A stretch of DNA of 64,000 bases from a virus, in the IMG/VR virus record IMGVR_UViG_3300045988_107889, positions 42,257-106,256 of that record. One strand, given 5' to 3'. Position numbers and translations under genes: made by a program. Every line of letters starts with the position of its first letter. Position 1 is the first letter of the stretch. Below the pieces are notes generated by a model that saw nothing but the letters and a program-made list of their open reading frames with translations, searched no databases and was not told the origin of the DNA. Positions 8,397 through 15,876 of the stretch are shown in pieces.

Positions 8397-8831
8397 ATGA
8401 AAATGTATGGCGAAAAGGATGTAGTGGAACCCAGAGAATATGTCAAGATGCACCGCGTAAGAACTCTGTGTGAACTTCAGAACAACACCATGGAACCGCT
8501 CGGATGGTTCAGCCTTCCCGGATGGTTCAAAGATCTGGTCCGGTCGGAACTATCTGGTATGGCGAAGGCTGGTAACACCGGTGCCATCTCTGGTCTGGAC
8601 TACATCGCAAAGATGGAATCCAGAAAGGCGGATCGTACCGGCTGGAAGTGTGGTACTGTATCATTCTCTAGTCGCAGCCGGAAAGCCCCTATCTTCACAG
8701 ACTACCTGCGGGAACGTAGAATCTCGTTCAGCGTTCATAGGTGTAGTGGTAAGGTAGTGTTCCGGCTGACTTTCCATCCATGTGAGCTGGCCGGAATCAA
8801 GTCTCAGCTGGATCGTATCGCAATGACGTAA
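8397..8831 (+). CDS. hypothetical protein
   Basis: 144-aa ORF with GGGAGGG upstream of the ATG. The overlapping +1 ORF 8470..8757 is rejected. Confidence 0.6.
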   Translation: MKMYGEKDVVEPREYVKMHRVRTLCELQNNTMEPLGWFSLPGWFKDLVRSELSGMAKAGNTGAISGLDYIAKMESRKADRTGWKCGTVSFSSRSRKAPIFTDYLRERRISFSVHRCSGKVVFRLTFHPCELAGIKSQLDRIAMT

Positions 8832-8917
8832 CAGGAAACTTTTACCTCTGGAAATTTTCCCTCTGATGGTATATTATACTTGTATTAGGTGTTTTATACA
8901 AATCAAAGAGGTATGAG

Positions 8918-9214
8918 GTGAGAGAATTGTATATTACGAACAAAAAGGGAACTATTCAGGTGGTTGTCAAACCCGTTGATATCTCGCGCGGAGATGTCAA
9001 GGTGGAAGTTGTCTCTGGCTTGGAGCACATCTACTCGGAGCTCCCGTTGTTTTTCGAGGTTAGATCCTATGTAGTAGTCCAGCACGACACTCCGCCTAAT
9101 AGGTTCTCGCTTGTTATCGAGAGGGTAGAGGACGATTATAGCGATACATGGTTTTGGGATTGTGTCTGTTTTGACGTAACCCTGGAACCGCACGAACTGG
9201 AATGGTTCAACTAA
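8918..9214 (+). CDS. hypothetical protein
   Basis: 98-aa ORF with a GTG start after AAAGAGG. Followed by terminator hairpins. Confidence 0.5.
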   Translation: MRELYITNKKGTIQVVVKPVDISRGDVKVEVVSGLEHIYSELPLFFEVRSYVVVQHDTPPNRFSLVIERVEDDYSDTWFWDCVCFDVTLEPHELEWFN

Positions 9215-9231
9215 TACATACCTGTCTTACC

Positions 9232-9258
9232 GCCGTACCAAGTACGGCTTTCTTTTTT
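9232..9258 (+). terminator. rho-independent terminator
   Basis: GCCGTAC-CAA-GTACGGC followed by TTTCTTTTTT. Confidence 0.7.
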
Positions 9259-9285
9259 ACCATGACGGTGGTTTAATAAGTCTTC

Positions 9286-9316
9286 AACGCCCGCTATTAC
9301 TTAGCGGGCGTTTTTG
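9286..9316 (+). terminator. rho-independent terminator
   Basis: AACGCCCGC / GCGGGCGTT stem followed by TTTTT. Confidence 0.7.
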
Positions 9317-9352
9317 TTAAGGGGCACTTCTAATAAAAAAGGAGGAACAAAC

Positions 9353-9811
9353 ATGGAAGTGAATATATGCAAAAATTGCGAGAGCTATCGCGTGGATGGT
9401 TGCTGCTACCGCACTTGTGAAAGCTGGCATAAGGCTATTGAAAGTGTGAGCGACTATTGCTTCTGTCGAGAGCGGTGCGACGGTTGCCCGCTGCATAAGT
9501 TGGGTTGCTCAGCAGGTTGGTGCGGCTATCGCAACCAGGCACTTGTCCAAGTGGCAACGGCATTGCAAAGCCAGGAAGGTCAGGAATGGTTGTCCGGTAT
9601 GAAGTCCATAAGCGATCTCTATCGTGCCATGGGTATGATGACTGATACCGAAGCGCACAACAAACACGTCGCTGAAGCAGAAGAAAAGGACGCACGGATT
9701 ACGGAGGTAGCAAAGCTCCTCCAGGAATTAGGCGGTGACGCGTGTCGAGAGGCTGCCCAGTATCTTATGGAATACAAAGAGCAAAGAGAGCGGGATAGAG
9801 AGTGCTTCTAA
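9353..9811 (+). CDS. hypothetical Cys-rich protein
   Basis: Start trimmed to the ATG at 9353, 8 nt after AGGAGG. Contains CKNCESYRVDGCCYRTCESW. Confidence 0.65.
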   Translation: MEVNICKNCESYRVDGCCYRTCESWHKAIESVSDYCFCRERCDGCPLHKLGCSAGWCGYRNQALVQVATALQSQEGQEWLSGMKSISDLYRAMGMMTDTEAHNKHVAEAEEKDARITEVAKLLQELGGDACREAAQYLMEYKEQRERDRECF

Positions 9812-9874
9812 CGTTTGACCTCTGGTGGTATAGGTGCTATAATATGGTAGCACTTACACGACAGGAGGCCAGAC

Positions 9875-10291
9875 ATGAAACTATACACGATCCGCACGAA
9901 GACCAACGAAGGCACAACCTACGATAAAGGTTATACCTCTCGTGAGTACGCTATGGAAGTCGCTGAGCTACAGGGCGAGAGTTGGGATATAATAGAAAAG
10001 GAAATCCCATACGTCTATGTCCTTGCTTACACTAAGATAGGCGACAAAGTGGAGTGCGGAACCGTGGAAGTATATGACGGCCTTGATGGGTGTCACTCGC
10101 ATATGCTGGATAGCTATAGATGTGCTGCGGAAGAAAGTAGCACATCAGTTTTGGAAGCATGGGCGGAAGACACACAGGCATATTACAGAACAAATACCTA
10201 TAGTATCAGGTGGAACATCGTTGTAAGCGATATGATCCCAGACGGGTGCAGGAAGGTAAAGCACTTGTATGGAACAGAGGCGCGGGTTTGA
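9875..10291 (+). CDS. hypothetical protein
   Basis: 138-aa ORF with AGGAGG upstream. Confidence 0.6.
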   Translation: MKLYTIRTKTNEGTTYDKGYTSREYAMEVAELQGESWDIIEKEIPYVYVLAYTKIGDKVECGTVEVYDGLDGCHSHMLDSYRCAAEESSTSVLEAWAEDTQAYYRTNTYSIRWNIVVSDMIPDGCRKVKHLYGTEARV

Positions 10292-10324
10292 CACCCATGA
10301 CTCTTAAGTTAATAAAGCCATTGC

Positions 10325-10355
10325 AAGACCGTGCTAATCAGCACGGTCTTTTCTT
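10325..10355 (+). terminator. rho-independent terminator
   Basis: AAGACCGTGC / GCACGGTCTT stem followed by a T-rich run. Confidence 0.6.
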
Positions 10356-10377
10356 ATGGGTGGAAAGGAGAATAGCC

Positions 10378-10755
10378 ATGGCAAGCATGATGGATTTGGT
10401 CGGTCGAAACGTCAAAATCGGCAAGTCTACCATCACGATTAAAGACGGTGACAATAAGACTCGCGGAATTGTGAGAGGGGTCACCAAGCTAGGGGATGTC
10501 CAACTTAGCCAGAGTCTTGAGTTCTGGCACACGCTGAAAAAGATTGGTGTGTATAACACACTCGGAGCAAAATGCTTCTTCGTTAAGGATGGTTTCCTGT
10601 ATGCCATCCGTAGCACGAACTCGGATAAATACAGGGAGGCCATTATGGAACGCGATGGTTTTGAAGACGACAAGAAGGTATGGGCAGAACAAGCCGAAGC
10701 ATATAAGAAGCTCGAAGAGAATGGTATTCCTGTTATTGAATGCAGGGTTTTGTAA
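10378..10755 (+). CDS. hypothetical protein
   Basis: Start trimmed to the ATG at 10378 after GAAAGGAG, downstream of the terminator at 10325. Confidence 0.6.
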   Translation: MASMMDLVGRNVKIGKSTITIKDGDNKTRGIVRGVTKLGDVQLSQSLEFWHTLKKIGVYNTLGAKCFFVKDGFLYAIRSTNSDKYREAIMERDGFEDDKKVWAEQAEAYKKLEENGIPVIECRVL

Positions 10756-10767
10756 GGAGGTATACCT

Positions 10768-11055
10768 ATGGAAGTAACAATTTACGCCAACTATGGAATG
10801 TTGGCACACGAAAAGGAAACGGTATACAGCATGAATCCAGCTGCTGTAATCTACGAAGAACTGACCGTAATTCTTCCGGATGAAATCTATGCCGGTGAGA
10901 ATCACGCCGGAGAAATCCTGGTGGATTTTGATGGAAGTGGTTGTCTGTACCCGCTTAGTAGGCTGTTGTGTGACCACAACCATAATGGCCCGGCACTGGT
11001 CGTGCCTAGCACCGGAAAGCGTACTAAGTACGTTGATTTGGAAGTCGTAGTCTAA
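10768..11055 (+). CDS. hypothetical protein
   Basis: 95-aa ORF with AAGGAGG upstream. Confidence 0.6.
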   Translation: MEVTIYANYGMLAHEKETVYSMNPAAVIYEELTVILPDEIYAGENHAGEILVDFDGSGCLYPLSRLLCDHNHNGPALVVPSTGKRTKYVDLEVVV

Positions 11056-11082
11056 GAAAGAAACAGGTAGGAGGAATTTAAA

Positions 11083-11493
11083 ATGAACGTCAAGAAAAAG
11101 TGTGTCGCTATCCTGGCAATCGTTATCGCAGCTATGGCAGTGTGGGGAATCGTCTTAACGGTGAAGTGTGCTGGTGATGATGCTACTATGGTAATTGAGC
11201 AGGAGCAGCCCGGATTTAATGATAACAAGGTTAAGCTGATTACCCACCAGCAGTACGTCAATGACGCTCTGGACCCCAACGCAATCTATATCGTAAAAGA
11301 GGATTGGATTTCCGGTGGAAATGGAGAAGGGTATGTGGAAGATTGTGACTGCGGTCATGATTACATTGCATATCGTGGGAACATTCCTGCTGGAATGGTT
11401 GTCACGTCCTACTTCGTGCTTGACAACAAGCACGAATATGAAGTCCTAGCCCGGTTTGATTACATTGGTGGTCGGTTGGTTGAAGTGCGGTAA
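11083..11493 (+). CDS. hypothetical membrane-anchored protein
   Basis: 136-aa ORF. N-terminal hydrophobic helix CVAILAIVIAAMAVWGIVL. TAGGAGG upstream. Confidence 0.6.
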   Translation: MNVKKKCVAILAIVIAAMAVWGIVLTVKCAGDDATMVIEQEQPGFNDNKVKLITHQQYVNDALDPNAIYIVKEDWISGGNGEGYVEDCDCGHDYIAYRGNIPAGMVVTSYFVLDNKHEYEVLARFDYIGGRLVEVR

Positions 11494-11505
11494 GGAGGTC
11501 TCGCC

Positions 11506-12171
11506 ATGGCTAAGTATGAGTACGACAAAAGTTATCCCTTCGCTGTTTATATCACGAACCTCGGGAAGTACAACGAGGGCGAGCTTGTGGGCGAGTGGGT
11601 TCACCTCCCCACAACAGCCAAAGAAATGAAGGAGGTGTTCGAGCGTATTGGGATCGGCCAGAAGGATGACTTCGGATGCCCTTATGAGGAGTGGTTTATC
11701 ACGGACTATGACTGTTATGTAACTGACCTTTGTCGGGGGTTCGGCGAATACGAAAATCTGGACGAGCTGAATTACCTGGCAGCAAGATTGGACGAGATGA
11801 GTGATCATGACTTTGAATTGTTCGAAGCGGTTATTGAGACAGGGGACTGCGGCGATTCTGTTAAAGATCTTATCAATCTCGTGGATAACCTGGATAGCTA
11901 TATGGTCTTCTCTAATGTGACCAGCGACTACGACCTTGGATATTACTACATCGAGGAAAGTGGTTGCTATGATACGGACAAGCTTGGCACGCTGGCCAGG
12001 TATATCGACTATGAAAGTTTTGGTCGAGACGTCCGGTTTGAAGAAGGAGGGTGTTTCACTTCCGCTGGATATGTTTTGCATGATGGTTCGAGCTTTACGG
12101 AATACTACGAGGGTGTCGAGGATATCCCCGATGAATATCGGGTAATGACTTTCAAAGAGGAGGATGAATGA
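11506..12171 (+). CDS. ardA: ArdA-family antirestriction protein
   Basis: VYITNLGKYNEGELVGEWVHLP..EEWFITDYD..ENLDELNYLAARLDEM and an overall acidic composition match my recollection of the ArdA family. Confidence 0.75.
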   Translation: MAKYEYDKSYPFAVYITNLGKYNEGELVGEWVHLPTTAKEMKEVFERIGIGQKDDFGCPYEEWFITDYDCYVTDLCRGFGEYENLDELNYLAARLDEMSDHDFELFEAVIETGDCGDSVKDLINLVDNLDSYMVFSNVTSDYDLGYYYIEESGCYDTDKLGTLARYIDYESFGRDVRFEEGGCFTSAGYVLHDGSSFTEYYEGVEDIPDEYRVMTFKEEDE

Positions 12172-12431
12172 TGGAACTGCAGATTGCACTGTTGGACTTG
12201 CTGAAGCAAGAAAAAGAGCTGGTCGACGAGATCAACAAAACGGGGTACGACGCGACCTATTACGAAAAGCGGGCTAAAGAGCATAAAGCTGGCGAAACTA
12301 TCTGTGATATGCAGGCCGCACTTGATGACTTCAGGAAGGCTAGACAGCTCTTGGAGGAAGAGGTTCGTCTTCTCGGTCGGCTGAAAGATATTCGTGTCAG
12401 GATCAACAACTACTTCGAGGAAGAACTCTAA
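12168..12431 (+). CDS. hypothetical coiled-coil protein
   Basis: 87-aa ORF with an ATGA overlap onto ardA. Confidence 0.55.
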   Translation: MMELQIALLDLLKQEKELVDEINKTGYDATYYEKRAKEHKAGETICDMQAALDDFRKARQLLEEEVRLLGRLKDIRVRINNYFEEEL

Positions 12432-12432
12432 G

Positions 12433-12597
12433 ATGAAACGTGAATTTGTAGCGCTGATTGGAGTCGCCTTTCTGATTTCCGCAATTCCCTTCCAGCTGAT
12501 GGGCTGGTCTGTTACGGCTTGGATCCTCGGCGCGATTGGTGTAGCTGCCGAATGGAAGAGCGGTTACAGAATCCACGTACATACTGAAGAAGACTAA
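12433..12597 (+). CDS. small membrane protein
   Basis: ATG at 12433. 54 aa with two hydrophobic segments. Confidence 0.45.
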   Translation: MKREFVALIGVAFLISAIPFQLMGWSVTAWILGAIGVAAEWKSGYRIHVHTEED

Positions 12598-12598
12598 C

Positions 12599-12637
12599 AC
12601 CGCAGCCTTGCCTTTTTCCGCTGCGGTTGTTTCTTTG
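12599..12637 (+). terminator. rho-independent terminator
   Basis: ACCGCAGC / GCTGCGGT stem followed by TGTTTCTTTG. Confidence 0.55.
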
Positions 12638-12677
12638 CCCTGGGTAGTCGCAAGCTGCCCAGGGTAGAATTTAAACC

Positions 12678-12741
12678 CGCGAAACTCGTCTGACGAGTTT
12701 CGCGGAAAAGGGTTGACGTTTGAAAAATAATCTTATATAAT
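12678..12741 (+). promoter_or_regulatory. conserved hairpin + promoter module (copy 1), drives the tRNA operon
   Basis: Hairpin CGCGAAACTCGTC/GACGAGTTTCGCG (12678-12704). TTGACG (12713-12718), 17 nt, TATAAT (12736-12741). ~95-nt near-repeat of 40256-40350. Confidence 0.65.
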
Positions 12742-12784
12742 ATAACCACGGTGAGCGGTTAAAAAACACAAGATTAAATTGCAT

Positions 12785-12876
12785 GGGGAGTTACCTGCGA
12801 CGGCTCGCAGCGCTGTCTTGAAAACAGCTGGTACGGCTAGTAACCGTATGGGGATCGACACCTCAGCTCCTCGCCA
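12785..12876 (+). tRNA. tRNA-Ser(UGA), class II
   Basis: Acceptor GGGGAGT/GCTCCTC. Anticodon stem GCTGT/ACAGC with loop CTTGAAA. Long variable arm TACGG/CCGTA. T arm TGGGG-ATCGACA-CCTCA. Encoded GCCA end. D arm is atypical (5-bp CTGCG/CGCAG). Confidence 0.7.
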
Positions 12877-13021
12877 CAAGACCATCAAACAGCACTTTGA
12901 TAGGTCAAACTAGGCATGGTTTTGTTCACTTCCTTTCTTAAAAAATTGTACTGTCTGTACTGTCATTGATCAAAAAATTTTTACTCCCCAAAAGCACCGG
13001 GTGCTGACGGCGCTTTTACTT

Positions 13022-13203
13022 GCCTCCGTAGCTCAGCAGGTAGAGCAGGGGCGGGCATCGAGTTTAGTTGACAACAGCGTGGGTTAAGTAGTTATGAATC
13101 AAAGGTGCGGTAAAGGCGCGGTTCAGGCTACTATATGGGCTTTATCACTACGCTAACTCGTAATCCCGTCTCCGTGTCACCGGTTCGATTCCGGTCGGAG
13201 GCA
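13022..13203 (+). tRNA. interrupted tRNA-like gene (about 109 extra nt between D arm and T arm); identity undetermined
   Basis: 5' half GCCTCCG-TA-GCTC-AGCAGGTA-GAGC at 13022-13046. T arm ACCGG-TTCGATT-CCGGT at 13179-13195. Perfectly complementary acceptor 3' strand CGGAGGC plus A at 13196-13203. CTCGTAA heptamer at 13157-13163 looks like a CGU anticodon loop. Confidence 0.5.
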
Positions 13204-13315
13204 TAGCCGCAAGCTATGATTAAGAACGTAAGTTCTGTAAGGGCGGCGTTGCTGACGTTGCTCTAGTCTTACACTCCTACTTGTGACTTGACAGCCCGGA
13301 AAGACGGGCAAACAC

Positions 13316-13391
13316 ACCAGCATAGTTTTAAATGGGAAAACAACGGTCTCCAAAACCGTAGTTCTAGGTTCGAGTCTTAGTGCTGGTGCCA
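13316..13391 (+). tRNA. tRNA-Trp(CCA)
   Basis: Acceptor ACCAGCA/TGCTGGT. Anticodon stem ACGGT/ACCGT with loop CTCCAAA. T arm CTAGG-TTCGAGT-CTTAG. GCCA end. Confidence 0.8.
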
Positions 13392-13797
13392 CGTGCAAGT
13401 TTAATTGCACGGTGTGTAGTGTGAAAAAAGTCATATATTGCTCTATGTATATAACCTCACGGCGTAAAAGAGGTTGACTGTCTGACCGCAGTTATTCCAG
13501 TGCAATTCTGGTTGCCGTACACGCTGCTCAAAGCGGGTGAAGAGGTGTGGCACACTCCTTCCGTGCCTCACTTATGACTTCAAGGCGGTGCAATTCCGCC
13601 TAGCAGCTCTCAATCGCTCTAGTTAACTGGTTCTGGGGCGAGGGTCAAAACCAGCAACCTAAACATTGATTGCAGACACCTGGTTAAGTACAGGCTAGGC
13701 AAGAAAGCTCTCAGGCACGGTTGGGCAACACAATCCAGCCCTATCCTTTGGTTAGGCCGACTGATTGATAGGGCGGTTGTGGTTGCTGAACAAATAT

Positions 13798-13888
13798 CTC
13801 CCTGTAGCTAAATTGGTTATAGCTTCCAACTTATAATTGGAAGGCCCTCATAAGGTATATGGTGATTCGAATTCACCCAGGGAGACCA
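13798..13888 (+). tRNA. class II (long variable arm) tRNA with UAU anticodon
   Basis: Acceptor CTCCCTG/CAGGGAG. D arm GCTA-AATTGGTTA-TAGC. Anticodon stem TCCAA/TTGGA with loop CTTATAA. 19-nt variable region. T arm GGTGA-TTCGAAT-TCACC. ACCA end. Confidence 0.7.
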
Positions 13889-13939
13889 CGATACCACGAT
13901 AAAAATCTAATTCCATAAATAAGAAAGTGAGGAACTAAT

Positions 13940-14593
13940 ATGAACAAAGAAACTATGACCGTCCATAAAGCTCTTGCGGAGCTGAAAATTTTGGACGCTA
14001 GAATTTTCAACGCCACTTCTGGCAAAACATTTGTCGCCGCGAAGAAGGTGAGCGACAAAAAGATCGGCGGTGTGTTGGTCGAAACCCTCAAGAAGGATAT
14101 GAAGTCTGATTATCAGTCTGTTACGGACTTGATTGCTCGTCGGACTGCCATTAAGAGAGCAGTTGTGCTCTCTAATGCCAAAGCTAAGGTAGTAATTGGT
14201 GGTGAGACCTATACTGTGGCAGAAGCTATTGAAATGAAGAACCATGGCCTCATGGCAAAGAGAGACTTGCTGGATGTAATGGTTCGGCAGTATGAAAAGG
14301 CTCGTGCCGAGGTCGCCAAACACGAAGGCGAGTGGATTGAAGCGAAAGCCGAGCAATACATTATGAATTTCCTTCAGTCGCAGCCCAAAGAGGCCAAGAC
14401 AACCAAGGATTCTGAGGTCGTTAAGCGGTTGAGAGAAGAGTATATTGCCAACAATACGTATGAACTCATTGATCCGCTTGACATTGGTAATGAAATCAAG
14501 GTTTTGAGCGATTGGATTGACGCGTTTACTGCGGATGTAGATTCTCAGCTGTCTGTGTCCAATGCGACCACTACAATCACCGTAGAATACTAA
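13940..14593 (+). CDS. hypothetical protein embedded in the tRNA operon
   Basis: 217-aa ORF with GTGAGGA upstream of the ATG. The antisense ORF 13907..14698 is rejected. Confidence 0.7.
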   Translation: MNKETMTVHKALAELKILDARIFNATSGKTFVAAKKVSDKKIGGVLVETLKKDMKSDYQSVTDLIARRTAIKRAVVLSNAKAKVVIGGETYTVAEAIEMKNHGLMAKRDLLDVMVRQYEKARAEVAKHEGEWIEAKAEQYIMNFLQSQPKEAKTTKDSEVVKRLREEYIANNTYELIDPLDIGNEIKVLSDWIDAFTADVDSQLSVSNATTTITVEY

Positions 14594-14600
14594 AATAATC

Positions 14601-14943
14601 AACTTGCTGCAACCCGAAAACCTAAAACGGTAACCCATCGTGCTGACGGCACTTGGTTCGATGTAAAAATGAACAAATATGTGCCAACTACAAGGCAAAC
14701 TTGAAATTTTGTGCTTGTAAAAAGATTGGGCGGTTAATCCAAATCTCTTATAAAAAGAAGATATTTGCTGTAAAGCTCAAATTTCAAAGCTCGAATTTCA
14801 AAATTCAAGGCTCAAAGATCTTCAGAAGATTAAAGTTCAAGGGTCAACGTTCAATGGTTAAAGTTTTACAAAATCCTGGGTTAATGGTTTGGGTCAGTTA
14901 TCAACGCCCACGGGTCAACCACCAGGCTGGGTTGTAGCAAGTT
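14601..14943 (+). ncRNA. candidate structured RNA domain closed by a 15-bp helix, with internal TTCAA-rich degenerate repeats
   Basis: AACTTGCTGCAACCC (14601-14615) pairs with GGGTTGTAGCAAGTT (14929-14943); 14 Watson-Crick pairs plus one G-U that works only on the plus strand. Lies immediately 5' of tRNA-Leu. Confidence 0.35.
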
Positions 14944-14949
14944 CAATAT

Positions 14950-15034
14950 GCGGGATTGGCGGAATTGGTAGACGCATCGTGTTTAAGTCTCGATGTCGAA
15001 AGACGTAGGAGTTCGAGTCTCCTATCCCGTACCA
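14950..15034 (+). tRNA. tRNA-Leu(UAA)
   Basis: Acceptor GCGGGAT/ATCCCGT. Anticodon loop TTTAAGT. Variable arm GTC-GAAA-GAC. T arm AGGAG-TTCGAGT-CTCCT. ACCA end. Confidence 0.8.
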
Positions 15035-15183
15035 AAGAAAAGCCCATAGTTTGCGGACTATGACACCTGAAAAGTGGCGGTTTGCTTCTGGTAGACCGTA
15101 GTAGTGTGTTGACATCCTGGAAGAGACAGGAGTTCCCCTTTTTGATCCCCCTTACATAGCTACCCCGCTTTGCGGGGTAGCGT

Positions 15184-15259
15184 GGCCGATTAGTTTAAAT
15201 GGTAAAACGGCGGATTTGTACCCCGCAGATGTCGAGTTCGAGCCTCGCATTGGCCTCCA
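15184..15259 (+). tRNA. tRNA-Thr(UGU)
   Basis: Acceptor GGCCGAT/ATTGGCC. Anticodon stem GCGGA/CCCGC with loop TTTGTAC. T loop TTCGAGC. TCCA end. Confidence 0.75.
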
Positions 15260-15260
15260 T

Positions 15261-15334
15261 GCTACTATAGTTTAATGGTTGAACGGTTGTTTCGTAAGCA
15301 ACAGGTTCCAGTTCGATTCTGGGTAGTAGCTCCA
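15261..15334 (+). tRNA. tRNA-Thr(CGU)
   Basis: Acceptor GCTACTA/TAGTAGC. Anticodon stem GTTGT/GCAAC with loop TTCGTAA. T arm TCCAG-TTCGATT-CTGGG. TCCA end. Confidence 0.8.
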
Positions 15335-15337
15335 TAT

Positions 15338-15412
15338 CTGGGTGTAGCGCAATGGAAGCGCTCCTGATTTGGGATCAGGAGGTTGTCAGTTCGAGCCTGA
15401 CCACTCAGACCA
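15338..15412 (+). tRNA. tRNA-Pro(UGG)
   Basis: Acceptor CTGGGTG/CACTCAG. Anticodon stem CCTGA/TCAGG with loop TTTGGGA. T arm GTCAG-TTCGAGC-CTGAC. ACCA end. Confidence 0.8.
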
Positions 15413-15414
15413 AT

Positions 15415-15489
15415 GCAGGCGTAGTTCAACGGCTAGAACACCGGTCTTCCAAACCGGAAACGCGAGATCGGCACTCGTCGCCTGCTCCA
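15415..15489 (+). tRNA. tRNA-Gly(UCC)
   Basis: Acceptor GCAGGCG/CGCCTGC. Anticodon stem CCGGT/ACCGG with loop CTTCCAA. Atypical T loop ATCGGCA. TCCA end. Confidence 0.75.
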
Positions 15490-15595
15490 TATCAAGCAAC
15501 AGAAAACGATTCTCCTACCTGTTATTGTTGATAAATCACCTCCTTTCTTTACATAGCCTGGAATGGCGTTAAACTCTGCTCTGCTTGATTTATAT

Positions 15596-15669
15596 AGCGC
15601 CGTAGCATAACGGTAATGCAACGGACTTTGACTCCGTAAACGGTAGTTCGACACTATCCGGCGCTGCCA
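15596..15669 (+). tRNA. tRNA-Gln(UUG)
   Basis: Acceptor AGCGCCG/CGGCGCT. Anticodon stem ACGGA/TCCGT with loop CTTTGAC. T arm GGTAG-TTCGACA-CTATC. GCCA end. Confidence 0.8.
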
Positions 15670-15727
15670 CGTTCGTTTTATACGGACACTTGCTTTCATT
15701 AACCGGCGGTACCACCGCCGGTAACAT

Positions 15728-15812
15728 GTGGGCGTGATGTAATTGGCAAACATGCGAGATTTAGGTTCTCGTGTCGAAAGATGTGCGGGTTCGAACCCCG
15801 TCGCCCACTCCA
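15728..15812 (+). tRNA. tRNA-Leu(UAG)
   Basis: Acceptor GTGGGCG/CGCCCAC. Anticodon stem CGAGA/TCTCG with loop TTTAGGT. Long variable arm. T arm GCGGG-TTCGAAC-CCCGT. TCCA end. Confidence 0.8.
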
Positions 15813-15817
15813 TGATA

Positions 15818-15842
15818 AAGCCGCTGCTTGAGCAGCGGCTTT
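15818..15842 (+). terminator. rho-independent terminator ending the tRNA operon
   Basis: AAAGCCGCTGC-TTGA-GCAGCGGCTTT. Confidence 0.7.
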
Positions 15843-15876
15843 AAATATATCAGCAAGTTTTAGGAGGTACATACAA

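Noticed and set aside
11446-12189. 247-aa minus-strand ORF.
   Set aside because: It is exactly antisense to the ArdA gene, whose family motifs are clear.
13907-14698. 263-aa minus-strand ORF, and ORFs 13177..13434, 14915..15115, 15369..15572 and 15433..15813 in the tRNA region.
   Set aside because: They are antisense to, or overlap, the well-formed tRNA cloverleaves and the plus-strand CDS 13940..14593. None has an SD.
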